From an uncultured Candidatus Saccharibacteria bacterium (GTDB lineage Bacteria; Patescibacteriota; Minisyncoccia; UBA6257; JAUSGH01), in assembly GCA_964360025.1 (NCBI GenBank), contig CAYHUD010000001.1:3922-67921 (forward strand): DNA of 64,000 bases, read 5' to 3'. A program made the translations under genes and the position numbers. A model generated the notes under the pieces. It searched no databases. It had not been told where the DNA came from and saw only the letters and a program-made list of their open reading frames with translations. Positions 20,202 to 29,436 of this stretch are shown piece after piece. How positions within the stretch are numbered: the stretch's first letter is position 1; the number at the start of each line of letters is the position of its first letter.

Positions 20202-20233
20202 GTCCCCCTGCGGGGGATCTCCCAAAGGGAGAC
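20202..20233 (+). repeat. family C twin-hairpin motif copy 3 (gtccccctgcgggggatctcccaaagggagac)
   Basis: directly after clpP. Confidence 0.6.
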
Positions 20234-20246
20234 AATGACAAAAACC

Positions 20247-20275
20247 TTGACAATGTTGGGGTTTTTTGTTATAAT
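20247..20275 (+). promoter_or_regulatory. sigma70-type promoter TTGACA-N17-TATAAT
   Basis: perfect consensus hexamers upstream of ORF 20344. Confidence 0.5.
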
Positions 20276-20343
20276 GTACATTGTGTGTTCGTTGAGATTC
20301 GGCGCTTAAAAAGCGCCAAAACCCCAAGATAGGAGGTCCATCT

Positions 20344-21129
20344 GTGATCATCGAAAGAGCGGATTTCGTACCACTCAAAGAAGTAAGGAAACTTCTCTGG
20401 GAGAAGTTCGCGGAAAGAGATTTTGAGAATCTCCTCGCCGCGATGAAACGGCACCCGGAGATTATCAAAATCTACGGTCCCGATGGTTATCGTAAGCTAA
20501 ATAAGCTTGCGAATCTCGCCGTGAAAAAACAGATTCAAGTCGGGGAAATCCCGGCCGAGGATCTTGTCTGGCATCTCAATATTATCTTTGGGATGCCAGC
20601 TTCGACGGGGAGGATTATTGGACATAAGCACTCCCATGTCGACCGCGTTCACCTGATGAAACTCATCGGGCGAGCGCGACGCGAGCTCCTCGGTCTGGCC
20701 GAGGAGAGAGACCCCGCCGCTTCGCCGCCACAAATGGCACGGCCGGTGGCGGCGGTCGCCGCTCCATTCCAGCCGACCCAGCTCGTCCATGAAAAGCTGG
20801 GCGTGGTGCGCGTGACGCGTCACGCGTATGAACAGTTCGTGGAGAGATTTTACCAGGAACACAAGAAGTTTCTGGGTGATCTCTCTGACTTCTGGACTGT
20901 CCAGACACGGATGCAATTCGTGTTTGGACACACAGAAGAAGTTAAGCTTTCGCCCGAGGCACGGGTGATAAAGCTCATCATCCACCGGGAGCGGGCAAGC
21001 TTCTGGGACAACAAGGCGTATAACATGCGCTTTGTCGTCGCGGAGACTCCGGATGGTCCGGAGCTCCGCACGGCGGAGATCCCCGAGCCCTGGCGGCCGC
21101 GAAAGCCGCCAACCAGAGCCCGCCGCTAA
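20344..21129 (+). CDS. hypothetical protein (GTG start, AGGAGG RBS)
   Basis: ORF + RBS + downstream terminator. Confidence 0.5.
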   Translation: MIIERADFVPLKEVRKLLWEKFAERDFENLLAAMKRHPEIIKIYGPDGYRKLNKLANLAVKKQIQVGEIPAEDLVWHLNIIFGMPASTGRIIGHKHSHVDRVHLMKLIGRARRELLGLAEERDPAASPPQMARPVAAVAAPFQPTQLVHEKLGVVRVTRHAYEQFVERFYQEHKKFLGDLSDFWTVQTRMQFVFGHTEEVKLSPEARVIKLIIHRERASFWDNKAYNMRFVVAETPDGPELRTAEIPEPWRPRKPPTRARR

Positions 21130-21156
21130 CGCTAAGCGGCGAACGCGAAACTACGA

Positions 21157-21192
21157 CAGCCGCATCCGGGAGGATGCGGCTGTTTTCTTTTT
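21157..21192 (+). terminator. rho-independent terminator (cagccgcatccgggaggatgcggctgttttctttttt)
   Basis: hairpin + T-run. Confidence 0.7.
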
Positions 21193-21256
21193 TATAAAAT
21201 TATGGTAAATTAGTAGCAGTTCCTGTTTGTTGTTGTTTTCTTGAGAGGAGAAGGCT

Positions 21257-21667
21257 GTGGCAAAGACAGAATCTTCCCCGATGTTGGTTCTTGTGTGGAT
21301 CATGGCATCTGCCATCGTAATTCTCGGCGCACTGCTCGCCAACAGCTGGGCCAAAAAAGACCATGACACCCAAGAAGTAATCGGCCGACTGTATGGATTC
21401 AGCAAGACGGGCTCCGAAGACCGAGGGTGGCGGGAATTCAGGATAGACTTCTATACGGGAATAGGGACGAATCGTGAGACCTACCTAATGTTTGCCTCAA
21501 AGAAAGATTACGATCGTGCATGGGAGTGGATGGAATCCAATCGACGCCCAATAATGGTCAGGGTCCGGTTTGTGCAAAGCGTAGAAGACGTGGTCTGGAC
21601 AAATGAGGCGCCCGCTGATTACATCTTCGGTCACGCCAAAACCATTGAACTTCTGGACGAAGAATAA
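21257..21667 (+). CDS. hypothetical membrane-anchored protein (GTG start)
   Basis: GAGGAG RBS; N-terminal TM; terminator follows. Confidence 0.5.
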   Translation: MAKTESSPMLVLVWIMASAIVILGALLANSWAKKDHDTQEVIGRLYGFSKTGSEDRGWREFRIDFYTGIGTNRETYLMFASKKDYDRAWEWMESNRRPIMVRVRFVQSVEDVVWTNEAPADYIFGHAKTIELLDEE

Positions 21668-21699
21668 CTCATACCCACCCGAGCCACAAACTTAGCCCC

Positions 21700-21733
21700 A
21701 CAGGCAACCACGCGTTGCCTGTTTTCTTTTTTT
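21700..21733 (+). terminator. rho-independent terminator (caggcaaccacgcgttgcctgttttctttttt)
   Basis: hairpin + T-run. Confidence 0.7.
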
Positions 21734-21779
21734 GGAATAAGATTTATAAATATAGTAATGTAAAATTGCCGCGTCGCTG

Positions 21780-21855
21780 CGCTCCTCGCAATGACGGGGA
21801 AGACGCGACACAAGCTTGCCACGGGTCCAACAATTGTCGGACCCTCGCAATGACA
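21780..21855. repeat. family F (ctcctcgcaatgacggggaag, also at 44324-44345) + family E hairpin (ttgccacgggtccaacaattgtcggaccctcgcaatgaca, also at 10817-10855); overlaps tyrS start codon
   Basis: direct sequence matches between loci. Confidence 0.6.
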
Positions 21856-23010
21856 AAATATATGAAACCAGATATCAAAACACTACTCGGGGATGGGGTG
21901 GCCGAGGTGATCGTTAAAAAACACCTGGAGGAAGCGCTTCAGTCCGGCAAAAAATTACGGATCAAGTTTGGCGCCGATCCGACATCGTCCGATCTCCACC
22001 TGGGACACGCCGTCGCGCTCATTAAACTACGCGAGTTTCAAGACGCCGGACACCAGATCGTATTTATAATAGGCGACTATACCGCACGGATCGGCGACCC
22101 CACGGGGAGGTCAAAAGCGCGGCCGCAATTAAGCGAAAAGGAAATTGAACGAAACGCTGAAACATATTTTGCCCAAGTCAGTAAAATACTGGATGTTAAA
22201 AAAATTGAGATAAGGTACAACAGCGAGTGGTTTGGTAAAGAGCCGGAGTGGGCTCTGCAACTCACGCGGCTTTTCACCGCCCAGCGTATTCTAGAGCGAG
22301 ACGATTTCACAAAACGAATAAAAGAGGGCACGGAGGTATTTGTAAATGAGATGCTTTATCCAATAATGCAGGCCTATGATTCCGTAAAAGTTTCCGCCGA
22401 TGTGGAACTGGGCGGCACTGATCAAAAGTTTAATATGCTGACTGGACGCGATATCCAGCGCCATATGAACTTGCCGGAACAAGACGTCATCACCGTGCCG
22501 CTCTTAGTTGGTCTCGATGGTATCCATAAGATGTCTAAATCTTTAGGAAACTATATCGGCCTTACCGAGGAGCCGAACTCAATGTTTGGGAAGATAATGT
22601 CCCTGCCCGATGCTTTGATTGATTCCTACTATGAACTGCTCGTTGGCGGTAAAAGCGCGGCTAAAGACCCGCGCGATTCTAAACTGCAACTCGGCCAACT
22701 TATCGTGGATATGTTTCACGGCAAGGGATCAGGACGTAAAGCGCAGGACGAGTTTATTGGGATATTCTCCAAGAAAGAAAAGCCAAAAGATATTCCGGAG
22801 ATTGCAATAGGGAAAGACAGCTTGACGCTTAGCGAGTTATTGATAACGACAGACCTCGCTAAAAGCAAAAGCGAAGCGCGTCGGCTGATAGAGCAGGGGG
22901 GCGTGAAGGTGGACGATGAGAAGCAGAGCGATCCCGCGGCAATGATAAATCTGAAAGAATCAAAACTGCTACAGGTAGGGCCGAAAAAGTTTTTGAAAGT
23001 AGTGAAATAA
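21850..23010 (+). CDS. tyrS: tyrosyl-tRNA synthetase
   Basis: HIGH-type motif HLGHAVAL and KMSKS (KMSKSLGN); C-terminal S4-like domain. Confidence 0.9.
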   Translation: MTKYMKPDIKTLLGDGVAEVIVKKHLEEALQSGKKLRIKFGADPTSSDLHLGHAVALIKLREFQDAGHQIVFIIGDYTARIGDPTGRSKARPQLSEKEIERNAETYFAQVSKILDVKKIEIRYNSEWFGKEPEWALQLTRLFTAQRILERDDFTKRIKEGTEVFVNEMLYPIMQAYDSVKVSADVELGGTDQKFNMLTGRDIQRHMNLPEQDVITVPLLVGLDGIHKMSKSLGNYIGLTEEPNSMFGKIMSLPDALIDSYYELLVGGKSAAKDPRDSKLQLGQLIVDMFHGKGSGRKAQDEFIGIFSKKEKPKDIPEIAIGKDSLTLSELLITTDLAKSKSEARRLIEQGGVKVDDEKQSDPAAMINLKESKLLQVGPKKFLKVVK

Positions 23011-23103
23011 AATATAAAATCCCCTTTTAGGGGATTTTATATTGGAGCGGGCCGCTCATTTTAAAAAATGAGCGAGCCTCGCTCAAAATCGTGTATGATT
23101 TTG

Positions 23104-23175
23104 AGCGGGTAACGGGAGTCGAACCCGTATTTTTACCTTGGCAAGGTAATGTAATTGCCGCTATACGATACCCGC
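23104..23175 (-). tRNA. tRNA-Gly (anticodon GCC)
   Basis: rc: acceptor GCGGGTA/TACCCGC, anticodon arm TTACC-TTGCCAA-GGTAA, T-arm ACGGG-TTCGACT-CCCGT. Confidence 0.75.
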
Positions 23176-23259
23176 GACATTCATTATCTTACGGTATTTT
23201 ACCTAATAAATCAATCATTAAAAAAAACCGCGCATAAGCTATCTTGCGCGGAATAAGCT

Positions 23260-23865
23260 CTATCCTCCCCTTCCAAGCTCTTGGCTGATAGGAACTCCGG
23301 CTTTGCAGAGCGGACAATGCTTTGCCTCCCAAGATTTCAGATCCTGATTGATAAGCGAAACGAGGGGAACGCCACCCACATCTTTGGCAGTCACCTTGCC
23401 GCGGTTGAAAAGGGCTCCCACAGCCACTACTTCCCCGCCGCATTTCTGTACGGCCTTTACAACTCCCCGCGCCGATTTACCGGTCGTAAGCACATCCTCC
23501 ACGACCGCTACGCGCCCATCACGGAGATACGCGCCGAATCCGCGCTTGAAGATGAATTCCTCGCCGTCTTTTTCGGCATAGACACTTATGATGTCCGACC
23601 ATTCCTGAAAATGCCCATAATGGAAGGCAACGCGATTTCCCAAAACGATGCCACCAAGGGCCGGAGCGGCAACGACGTCACACCACCCTCCCGTATTTTC
23701 AAGAAGCAAGCGCGCAAGATTCATTGCCAATTCATCCAATCGCCACGGGTAAAGCGACAGCGCATCCTTATTGATATAGACCCGACTATGCCGCCAGGAG
23801 GTAAGGATAAAATGTCCATCAACAAAAGCTCTTACAGCAAGGGAAATAATATCCTGCTCGTTCAT
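23260..23865 (-). CDS. type I phosphoribosyltransferase (orotate phosphoribosyltransferase-like)
   Basis: PRPP-binding motif VVEDVLTTGKSA. Confidence 0.6.
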   Translation of the reverse strand: MNEQDIISLAVRAFVDGHFILTSWRHSRVYINKDALSLYPWRLDELAMNLARLLLENTGGWCDVVAAPALGGIVLGNRVAFHYGHFQEWSDIISVYAEKDGEEFIFKRGFGAYLRDGRVAVVEDVLTTGKSARGVVKAVQKCGGEVVAVGALFNRGKVTAKDVGGVPLVSLINQDLKSWEAKHCPLCKAGVPISQELGRGG

Positions 23866-23959
23866 CGTTGCACCCTCCTTAAGACAAAGAACCAGCTCAA
23901 AGCTTAACTAAAAAATTGCCGCGCGGCAAATTGGTTCCGAAGATCGAAAAATTTGATAT

Positions 23960-24043
23960 TGGTGCCCGGGGCCGGACTCGAACCGGCATGCCTCTCGGCG
24001 CATCCTCTTAAGGGATGTGCGTCTGCCATTTCGCCACCCGGGC
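23960..24043 (-). tRNA. tRNA-Leu (anticodon UAA), CCA encoded
   Basis: rc: acceptor GCCCGGG/CCCGGGC, anticodon arm CATCC-CTTAAGA-GGATG, long variable arm. Confidence 0.75.
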
Positions 24044-24139
24044 ATATTACTAATGAAAAATTCAAAAATCAAAATGGAAAATTAAAGTTTAGTTCATCGC
24101 TATTTATAATTTTGAGATTTACATTTTCAATTTACTATG

Positions 24140-24212
24140 AGGCCTGGGCGAGAATCGAACTCGCGCAATATCTCTTTTGCAGAGAGACGCCTTTCCACTT
24201 GGCTACCAGGCC
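24140..24212 (-). tRNA. tRNA-Cys (anticodon GCA)
   Basis: rc: acceptor GGCCTGG/CCAGGCC, anticodon arm TCTCT-CTGCAAA-AGAGA, T-arm GCGAG-TTCGATT-CTCGC. Confidence 0.7.
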
Positions 24213-24224
24213 GACAGCCTTATT

Positions 24225-24572
24225 TTAACTGTTTTCTTCTGTCTTTTCAATCTCCAGCAAATCCTTCTCAATCATCGCCGCCTTTTCCGGACCATGATCC
24301 AGAAAGAACAAAATACGCGGAGTGGGCCGCAAATTAAGCTTATGATTCAACTCGTGTTGAAGCCGTCCCGTAAACTTTTTTAAAACTTCCGCTACGCGCT
24401 CTTCCTTATCATGAGGGATAACGCTAAAACCGACATTGGCGTGCTCTACGTCTTTTGACACCTCTACATTAGTGATAGTGACTAGAGCGCCGTCAAACTC
24501 CAGCTCGCGAATGATTAGCTCCGCAAGAGTTTCCCTGATTAATTCACTCATTCTTTCCGGACGATGCTTCAT
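24225..24572 (-). CDS. rbfA: ribosome-binding factor A
   Basis: size/sequence pattern (R.R...L..E......TITNVEVS.D...A.V) and position directly downstream of infB. Confidence 0.75.
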   Translation of the reverse strand: MKHRPERMSELIRETLAELIIRELEFDGALVTITNVEVSKDVEHANVGFSVIPHDKEERVAEVLKKFTGRLQHELNHKLNLRPTPRILFFLDHGPEKAAMIEKDLLEIEKTEENS

Positions 24573-24580
24573 GTTAATAG

Positions 24581-26026
24581 TTATTGCCTAAAAACCAAAT
24601 GGTCGCCGACGCGGGGCTCGGTATCGGACTCAAATAACATCCCACACTCCGCGCCAGAGGCAACCACCGCCACATCTTTCTTCTGGCTTTGCAGATTGAT
24701 GATCCGGCCCTTGCCTAAAATCTCGCCGCGCCGCTCCATCTCCAAAACAAAACTATTTTTTATTTCACCTGCGACAACTTTCCCGCCCAACACCTGTTTT
24801 TTCCCGGAGCGCTTTCCAAAAAGCGCCAGAATCTCCAAATCGCCCACAATCTTCAGAGTCGTGCCTGTTTTAATCATCTCCTCCACCACCTTAACCAAAT
24901 CATAAATAATTTCCGACTGAATAATTTTCACACTACTGGCTAAAGCTAACGCCGCAGCGGCTTTTGTCGGCTTTACTCTGAAAGCAATGATCGCCGATTT
25001 ATTAGCAAGAGCCGATTTCACATCGCCGTCAGTGATTTCACCCACGCCCTCGCCGATTATTTCTACATGAACGCTTTCGGGGCGCGGCAGGCTCTTAATG
25101 ATGCCTGAGAGCGCCTCCAGTGATCCGGAAACATCACCCTTAAGAACGAAATTTAAAATCGTGAGGCCCTCTGCGGGAGCGACGGCCTTAGTTTTCGCAG
25201 TTGTCGCGGAAGCAATATCTTTTAGTTCAATATTTCCGGCAATAAATTTATCACCCACCGCCGGCAGGATTTCAAAGCCAAAAATAGAAGCGGGACTGGA
25301 CGGTATCAACATACTTTCTTTTTTACCCAGAAAATTTTCCAGCACTTTCACCCTGCCTCTCGCCGCTCCGGCTTGGATATTGTCGCCCGTTCGCAAAGTC
25401 CCATTTTTCAAAATGACATTGGCGATATTTCCCTTGCGCGTATCAAGACGGCTTTCCAGAATAAAACCCTCGGCATCTGTCTCCGGATCATAAGTCAGGC
25501 CCTCCACATCAGCGGCAAGAAGTATCAAGTCCAGAAGCTCGGGGATGCCCGCGCCTGTTTTCGCGGAGACACCTTGATAGCTAGTCGCGCCGCCGAATCC
25601 TTCCAGAAAAACTTCCTCCGAGAGAAGCTGGTTTTTAACATTTTGGATATCCGCATCGCTGGCTTTATCAATTTTATTGATCGCCACAACAAACGGTGTT
25701 TCAGTTTGTTTAAGGACCTTAATCGCTTCTTTGGTTTGATTTTGCACGCCATCAGTTGCCGCGACGAGCAAAATAGCGACGTCGGCAATGTTTGCTCCGC
25801 GGGCGCGCATCTTAGAAAATGCTTCGTGGCCCGGAGTATCAATAAAGGTAATACGCTCGCCATTATGAGCAACTTCATAGGCGCCGGTCCCCTGCGTAAT
25901 ACCGCCGGCTTCCTTCCCGGCAACATTGGCCTTCCTAATATAATCCAGCAAACTGGTTTTACCGTGGTCAACGTGGCCCATAACGACCACGACCGGCGGT
26001 CTCTTTTTCATTTCAGACATAGCCAT
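24581..26026 (-). CDS. infB: translation initiation factor IF-2 (short form); six-frame ORF extends to 26413 but N-terminal 129 codons look spurious
   Basis: G-domain [25 protein letters not shown]; start assigned at MAMSEMKK. Confidence 0.9.
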   Translation of the reverse strand: MAMSEMKKRPPVVVVMGHVDHGKTSLLDYIRKANVAGKEAGGITQGTGAYEVAHNGERITFIDTPGHEAFSKMRARGANIADVAILLVAATDGVQNQTKEAIKVLKQTETPFVVAINKIDKASDADIQNVKNQLLSEEVFLEGFGGATSYQGVSAKTGAGIPELLDLILLAADVEGLTYDPETDAEGFILESRLDTRKGNIANVILKNGTLRTGDNIQAGAARGRVKVLENFLGKKESMLIPSSPASIFGFEILPAVGDKFIAGNIELKDIASATTAKTKAVAPAEGLTILNFVLKGDVSGSLEALSGIIKSLPRPESVHVEIIGEGVGEITDGDVKSALANKSAIIAFRVKPTKAAAALALASSVKIIQSEIIYDLVKVVEEMIKTGTTLKIVGDLEILALFGKRSGKKQVLGGKVVAGEIKNSFVLEMERRGEILGKGRIINLQSQKKDVAVVASGAECGMLFESDTEPRVGDHLVFRQ

Positions 26027-26115
26027 ATTATACGCTATTTCTATATCCCTAGTCAATTTAAGCTGTGTTTTCGTGGTTACTTTTTCACTTATTCCTATTT
26101 TGTTATAATTACAAT

Positions 26116-26610
26116 ATGCCAAAAAGAAAAATAGAAAACTTAAAAGATCCGGCGCTCGCAGAAATGAAGGAATCAACCAAGGCGCTTTTTGAAGACAGGG
26201 AGGAAGGAAAAGAAGTCGCGGGGCGGCTTTTGGAAGAAGAAAAAGAAAAGATATTAGCCGAGGAAGAGGCGGCCGAGGAAGCAACCAGGAAAGAATTCCG
26301 TGAAATGGCGGAGATGACCGAGGCGCTCCATGAAGCCAAAGAACCATTAAGAGAAGAAACCCCTCTGGATACGCTGGAGCCCAAAAGAAAAGAGGCGGTG
26401 CTCCGCTGGGCAAAAATAGCTGAAAAAAATCCGGAATTAAAGGATATGTTTAAGGCCTTTTTGTATGAGGAGGTTTTGAAAGCGCAGAAAAGAAAAAAAG
26501 AAGAAGAAACGAGGAAGGCAGAAAGGCAGAGAAAAGCGGGGACGATGCGCGCTCTTCCGCCGAAAAAACGCGGCTTTTGGGACAGGGTCAGCGGGTGGTT
26601 AAACTGGTAA
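26116..26610 (+). CDS. Lys/Glu-rich coiled-coil protein with Trp-rich C-terminal tail (…GFWDRVSGWLNW)
   Basis: paralogous in composition and tail to 28755-29423. Confidence 0.5.
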   Translation: MPKRKIENLKDPALAEMKESTKALFEDREEGKEVAGRLLEEEKEKILAEEEAAEEATRKEFREMAEMTEALHEAKEPLREETPLDTLEPKRKEAVLRWAKIAEKNPELKDMFKAFLYEEVLKAQKRKKEEETRKAERQRKAGTMRALPPKKRGFWDRVSGWLNW

Positions 26611-26753
26611 CCGGGAAGTAGAAACTCAGCTGATGAAACTAAGCGTGGGCTGAGTTTGCACTTCCTGGTAAAAATTGAGGGGTAAAAAAGCCACGCTGCC
26701 GGCGTGGCTGGGTATCATCCGAGGAAACTACTCTCCGTCTATCTTTATTCAGT

Positions 26754-26791
26754 TGTCCACTATCTCGTCCCATGGGACGAGATAGTGGACA
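26754..26791. repeat. family B 38-bp perfect palindrome
   Basis: tgtccactatctcgtcccatgggacgagatagtggaca. Confidence 0.85.
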
Positions 26792-26868
26792 ATCTACGCG
26801 GTATCAGAGGCGGGAAACTTGCCGATTAACATATAAAAGTGTATCTTATAGACAGCATCGCGCGATAT

Positions 26869-26958
26869 GGAGGCGTGGCCGAGCGGCTTAAGGCAGCATC
26901 CTGCTAAGATGTTGTCCGCGAAAGCGGACCGGAGGTTCGAATCCTCCCGCCTCCGCCA
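26869..26958 (+). tRNA. tRNA-Ser (anticodon GCU), CCA encoded
   Basis: acceptor GGAGGCG/CGCCTCC, anticodon loop CTGCTAA, long variable hairpin GTCCGC-GAAA-GCGGAC, T-loop GGTTCGAATCC. Confidence 0.8.
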
Positions 26959-27020
26959 GTAAATTTAGGCATAAATACAACAAATTTTCATCAATACCCG
27001 GAAGGGATTCGAACCAAATT

Positions 27021-27575
27021 ATGGCTATTAAGTACAAACAAAAACATCCTGAAACTTGTTTAGCAAAATGCCTTATGATTTTGTTAGAAAAGAAAGAGGG
27101 TAAAAAAATCGCTGATAAATATGAGATGGATTTACTCAATTATTCTTTTAGACATGAAAGGGAGAATATAGCTCGCGGTCACCTTGAGAAGGTCATAAAA
27201 GATTTTAGTATTTCTGTTAATTGGTTTGTTGATTCAAAAATATTTTTTGACTTTATTAAGGAAAAAAATATGAAAAAGAAAATAAAACTGGTTAACCAGA
27301 AAGTTAACTTGAAATTTATTGATAAAATTTTAGATAACCCGATTATCGTCTATTTGGATAGATTTTTTCTTTGGGATAAAAGTCACAGTTTGTATTACAA
27401 ATATCATTATCCCCATTTTATAATAATCAATAAAAAGATAGGTAATGATTATGAAATTATTGATCCAGATGACGGTAAAGTAAAAATAATTCCCAACAAA
27501 ACTTTATCAAAGGCTATTATTTCGCTAAGAAATTATTTATGGATCAGTCCACACATTATCAATATTAACCGCTAA
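27021..27575 (+). CDS. papain-like cysteine peptidase, C39-like domain (stand-alone); strongly AT-rich gene
   Basis: Q-x5-C (KQKHPETCLAKC), later HFIII and IIDPDDG resembling C39 Cys/His/Asp arrangement. Confidence 0.5.
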   Translation: MAIKYKQKHPETCLAKCLMILLEKKEGKKIADKYEMDLLNYSFRHERENIARGHLEKVIKDFSISVNWFVDSKIFFDFIKEKNMKKKIKLVNQKVNLKFIDKILDNPIIVYLDRFFLWDKSHSLYYKYHYPHFIIINKKIGNDYEIIDPDDGKVKIIPNKTLSKAIISLRNYLWISPHIININR

Positions 27576-27689
27576 TATGGATATAGCGGATTACAACAGA
27601 TTATAGCGGCAAAATTTAGTAAATCTTTTGAGCAAACTCCGGAACATCAAAATAGTTCGGACTTTCCATGTAAAGTTTCCTTAATTGTC

Positions 27690-27920
27690 GTATAATTGAA
27701 TCGATCTTCCGAATATTTAGCCGATTTATCGGTTCAAAGTTCCGGAAATCGCCACCGCCTTCGTCACGACGTAGCTTTAGCGAAGTCGGAATTCACTAAA
27801 GCTACGTCGGACTACGGCGTGATGAAATCCGCCAAGACGAGCGAAAGCGGGAAGCGGTTCGCCAAAGCGAACCTACGGCGTGATACAGTCCGCCAAGTTT
27901 TACATTCAGCGAAATCAAAT
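27690..27920. repeat. non-coding region with inverted repeat (gacgtagctttag...ctaaagctacgtc) and direct repeats (acggcgtgat.a.a.tccgccaag x2)
   Basis: direct reading. Confidence 0.5.
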
Positions 27921-27993
27921 CGACTACATCTCTTTTCTCTGTAATAATTGTTGAGGTGGTTGTATGTCACAGCCCCATTCAAGGAGGAAATCC

Positions 27994-28581
27994 ATGGCCG
28001 AGTCATATGTTCTCATGGTGTCTTTGAGGCACCAGATATCCTTGATGCGGGAGCGCATCCGGTGGCATCGCGACCAAAAAGGTGATGACCGCTGCTGGCT
28101 GGATGACTACGAAGTTTGGGCATTGCTACCCGATTCACCGCCCGAGCCCAGAACGCCACCGACCTTTGAAGAGGGAATGCGCCGTTGCCGGGAATTCTGG
28201 ACATATCGCCGCGCCGAATATCCCGATCCCGCGCCGCCAAATGCCGCGCTTGACCGCAATTGTTGGGACGACGACCTTTCGGAAATGTCCGTGGAAGAAT
28301 TGGCCCGAGAGTTCCTTCGCATCGGCGGCGCCATTCGCGCCCATCGTGGTGTGACGGGTCGTCCACGGTATCTCCCCGATGACCGCGCTCTCTACGCCGT
28401 CTTGCCGGAGAAAATTCCGGCCGACTTCCGCCTGCCGCCTAAAGAAGAATTCTTGGGCGAAGCAAAAGCTCCCAATGCCGGATGTCCCGCCTTTTGGCGA
28501 AGCCACTCCCGATGCACCGCGTGCAACCTCCACCAGTGGGGGCCGTGCCGATTGACACCCCGACTTGCTCTAAATCATTAA
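27994..28581 (+). CDS. hypothetical Cys/Trp-rich protein, GC-rich gene (C-terminal CPAFWRSHSRCTACNLHQWGPC)
   Basis: AAGGAGG RBS before ATG 27994; GC3-rich. Confidence 0.5.
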   Translation: MAESYVLMVSLRHQISLMRERIRWHRDQKGDDRCWLDDYEVWALLPDSPPEPRTPPTFEEGMRRCREFWTYRRAEYPDPAPPNAALDRNCWDDDLSEMSVEELAREFLRIGGAIRAHRGVTGRPRYLPDDRALYAVLPEKIPADFRLPPKEEFLGEAKAPNAGCPAFWRSHSRCTACNLHQWGPCRLTPRLALNH

Positions 28582-28754
28582 TTTAGATGAGCTTGAAAAG
28601 ATTTCTGTTTTTGTTTGACTAATAGCTAAATTTGTGTAAGAATCGCTGTTCGTCCGGAGCCTTGGAGTTACACTCCTCGGCCTTTTTCTTTTTTTATGAG
28701 ATATACTTTGTTATAATAAAATCTAGTTATAAACTCTTAAATTAAATTTTATTT

Positions 28755-29423
28755 ATGGCGAGAAAAAAGCTAGAAGAATTTGTCGTAGGGGGAACAGCTC
28801 CGGTTAGCGAAAAAAGATTGAAGAGTATGAAAAAGAGCCTGGGTAAAACCCTGGAAAAAGTTCTTGCTCAAAAACCGGAACCAGTGGAAGAAAAACCGGT
28901 TGATGAAAGACCCACGGCAAAGTCCGCAGCTGAAGTGATTATGGAAAAAGCGGCTAAAAAGAGAGATGAAGCGAAGGCAGAAGCTGCAAAAACAGAACAA
29001 GAACTTAATACTTATGAAAAAAGGCGGAGTGATTTAGAGGAAGCCGGCAAAGAAGCCATAGCGCAATCAATGGAGGAGAAAAAAACACGGGAAAGAAAAG
29101 CGCGGCGTGAAAACATACGCAAAGAAATGGCGGGGATAAAGGAAAAGATAAAAATAGAAGGACCGTTGTCGCCAACCACTAAAGAAAAGGAGCAAAAGGC
29201 GGAAGAACTGGCCCGCCAGCTGGCTCATAAGGGGTGGGAAGAAGCTCAAAAAAAAGACGCGGAGAAGGTGGCGATGGAACTAAGGGAGGCAGAGACCGAG
29301 AAAACCAGTATGCAGGCCGGAGAAATAGGGACAGCCCCCGCAGAGATGACATTGCCGGCTAAACTATGGGGCAAGGCCAAACAATACGGATGGAAGGCCT
29401 GGGGTTGGCTTAGAAGTTTGTAA
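28755..29423 (+). CDS. Lys/Glu-rich coiled-coil protein with Trp-rich C-terminal tail (…LWGKAKQYGWKAWGWLRSL)
   Basis: paralogue-like of 26116-26610. Confidence 0.5.
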   Translation: MARKKLEEFVVGGTAPVSEKRLKSMKKSLGKTLEKVLAQKPEPVEEKPVDERPTAKSAAEVIMEKAAKKRDEAKAEAAKTEQELNTYEKRRSDLEEAGKEAIAQSMEEKKTRERKARRENIRKEMAGIKEKIKIEGPLSPTTKEKEQKAEELARQLAHKGWEEAQKKDAEKVAMELREAETEKTSMQAGEIGTAPAEMTLPAKLWGKAKQYGWKAWGWLRSL

Positions 29424-29436
29424 CGGTTAGATTTTA

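Noticed and set aside
23953-24337. Small ORFs 23953-24228 and 24137-24337 (+)
   Set aside because: They overlap the minus-strand tRNA-Leu and tRNA-Cys genes and have no RBS.
26026-26413. N-terminal 129-codon extension of infB in the six-frame track
   Set aside because: The sequence is Pro/Leu/Phe-rich with no conservation. The IF-2 G-domain begins right after MAMSEMKK, and the extension overlaps the divergent gene's promoter region.
26999-27024. Minus-strand tRNA suggested by 'gggattcgaacc'
   Set aside because: Flanking sequence cannot form a T-stem or acceptor stem. It is at most a degenerate tRNA-end-like fragment, possibly an att remnant.
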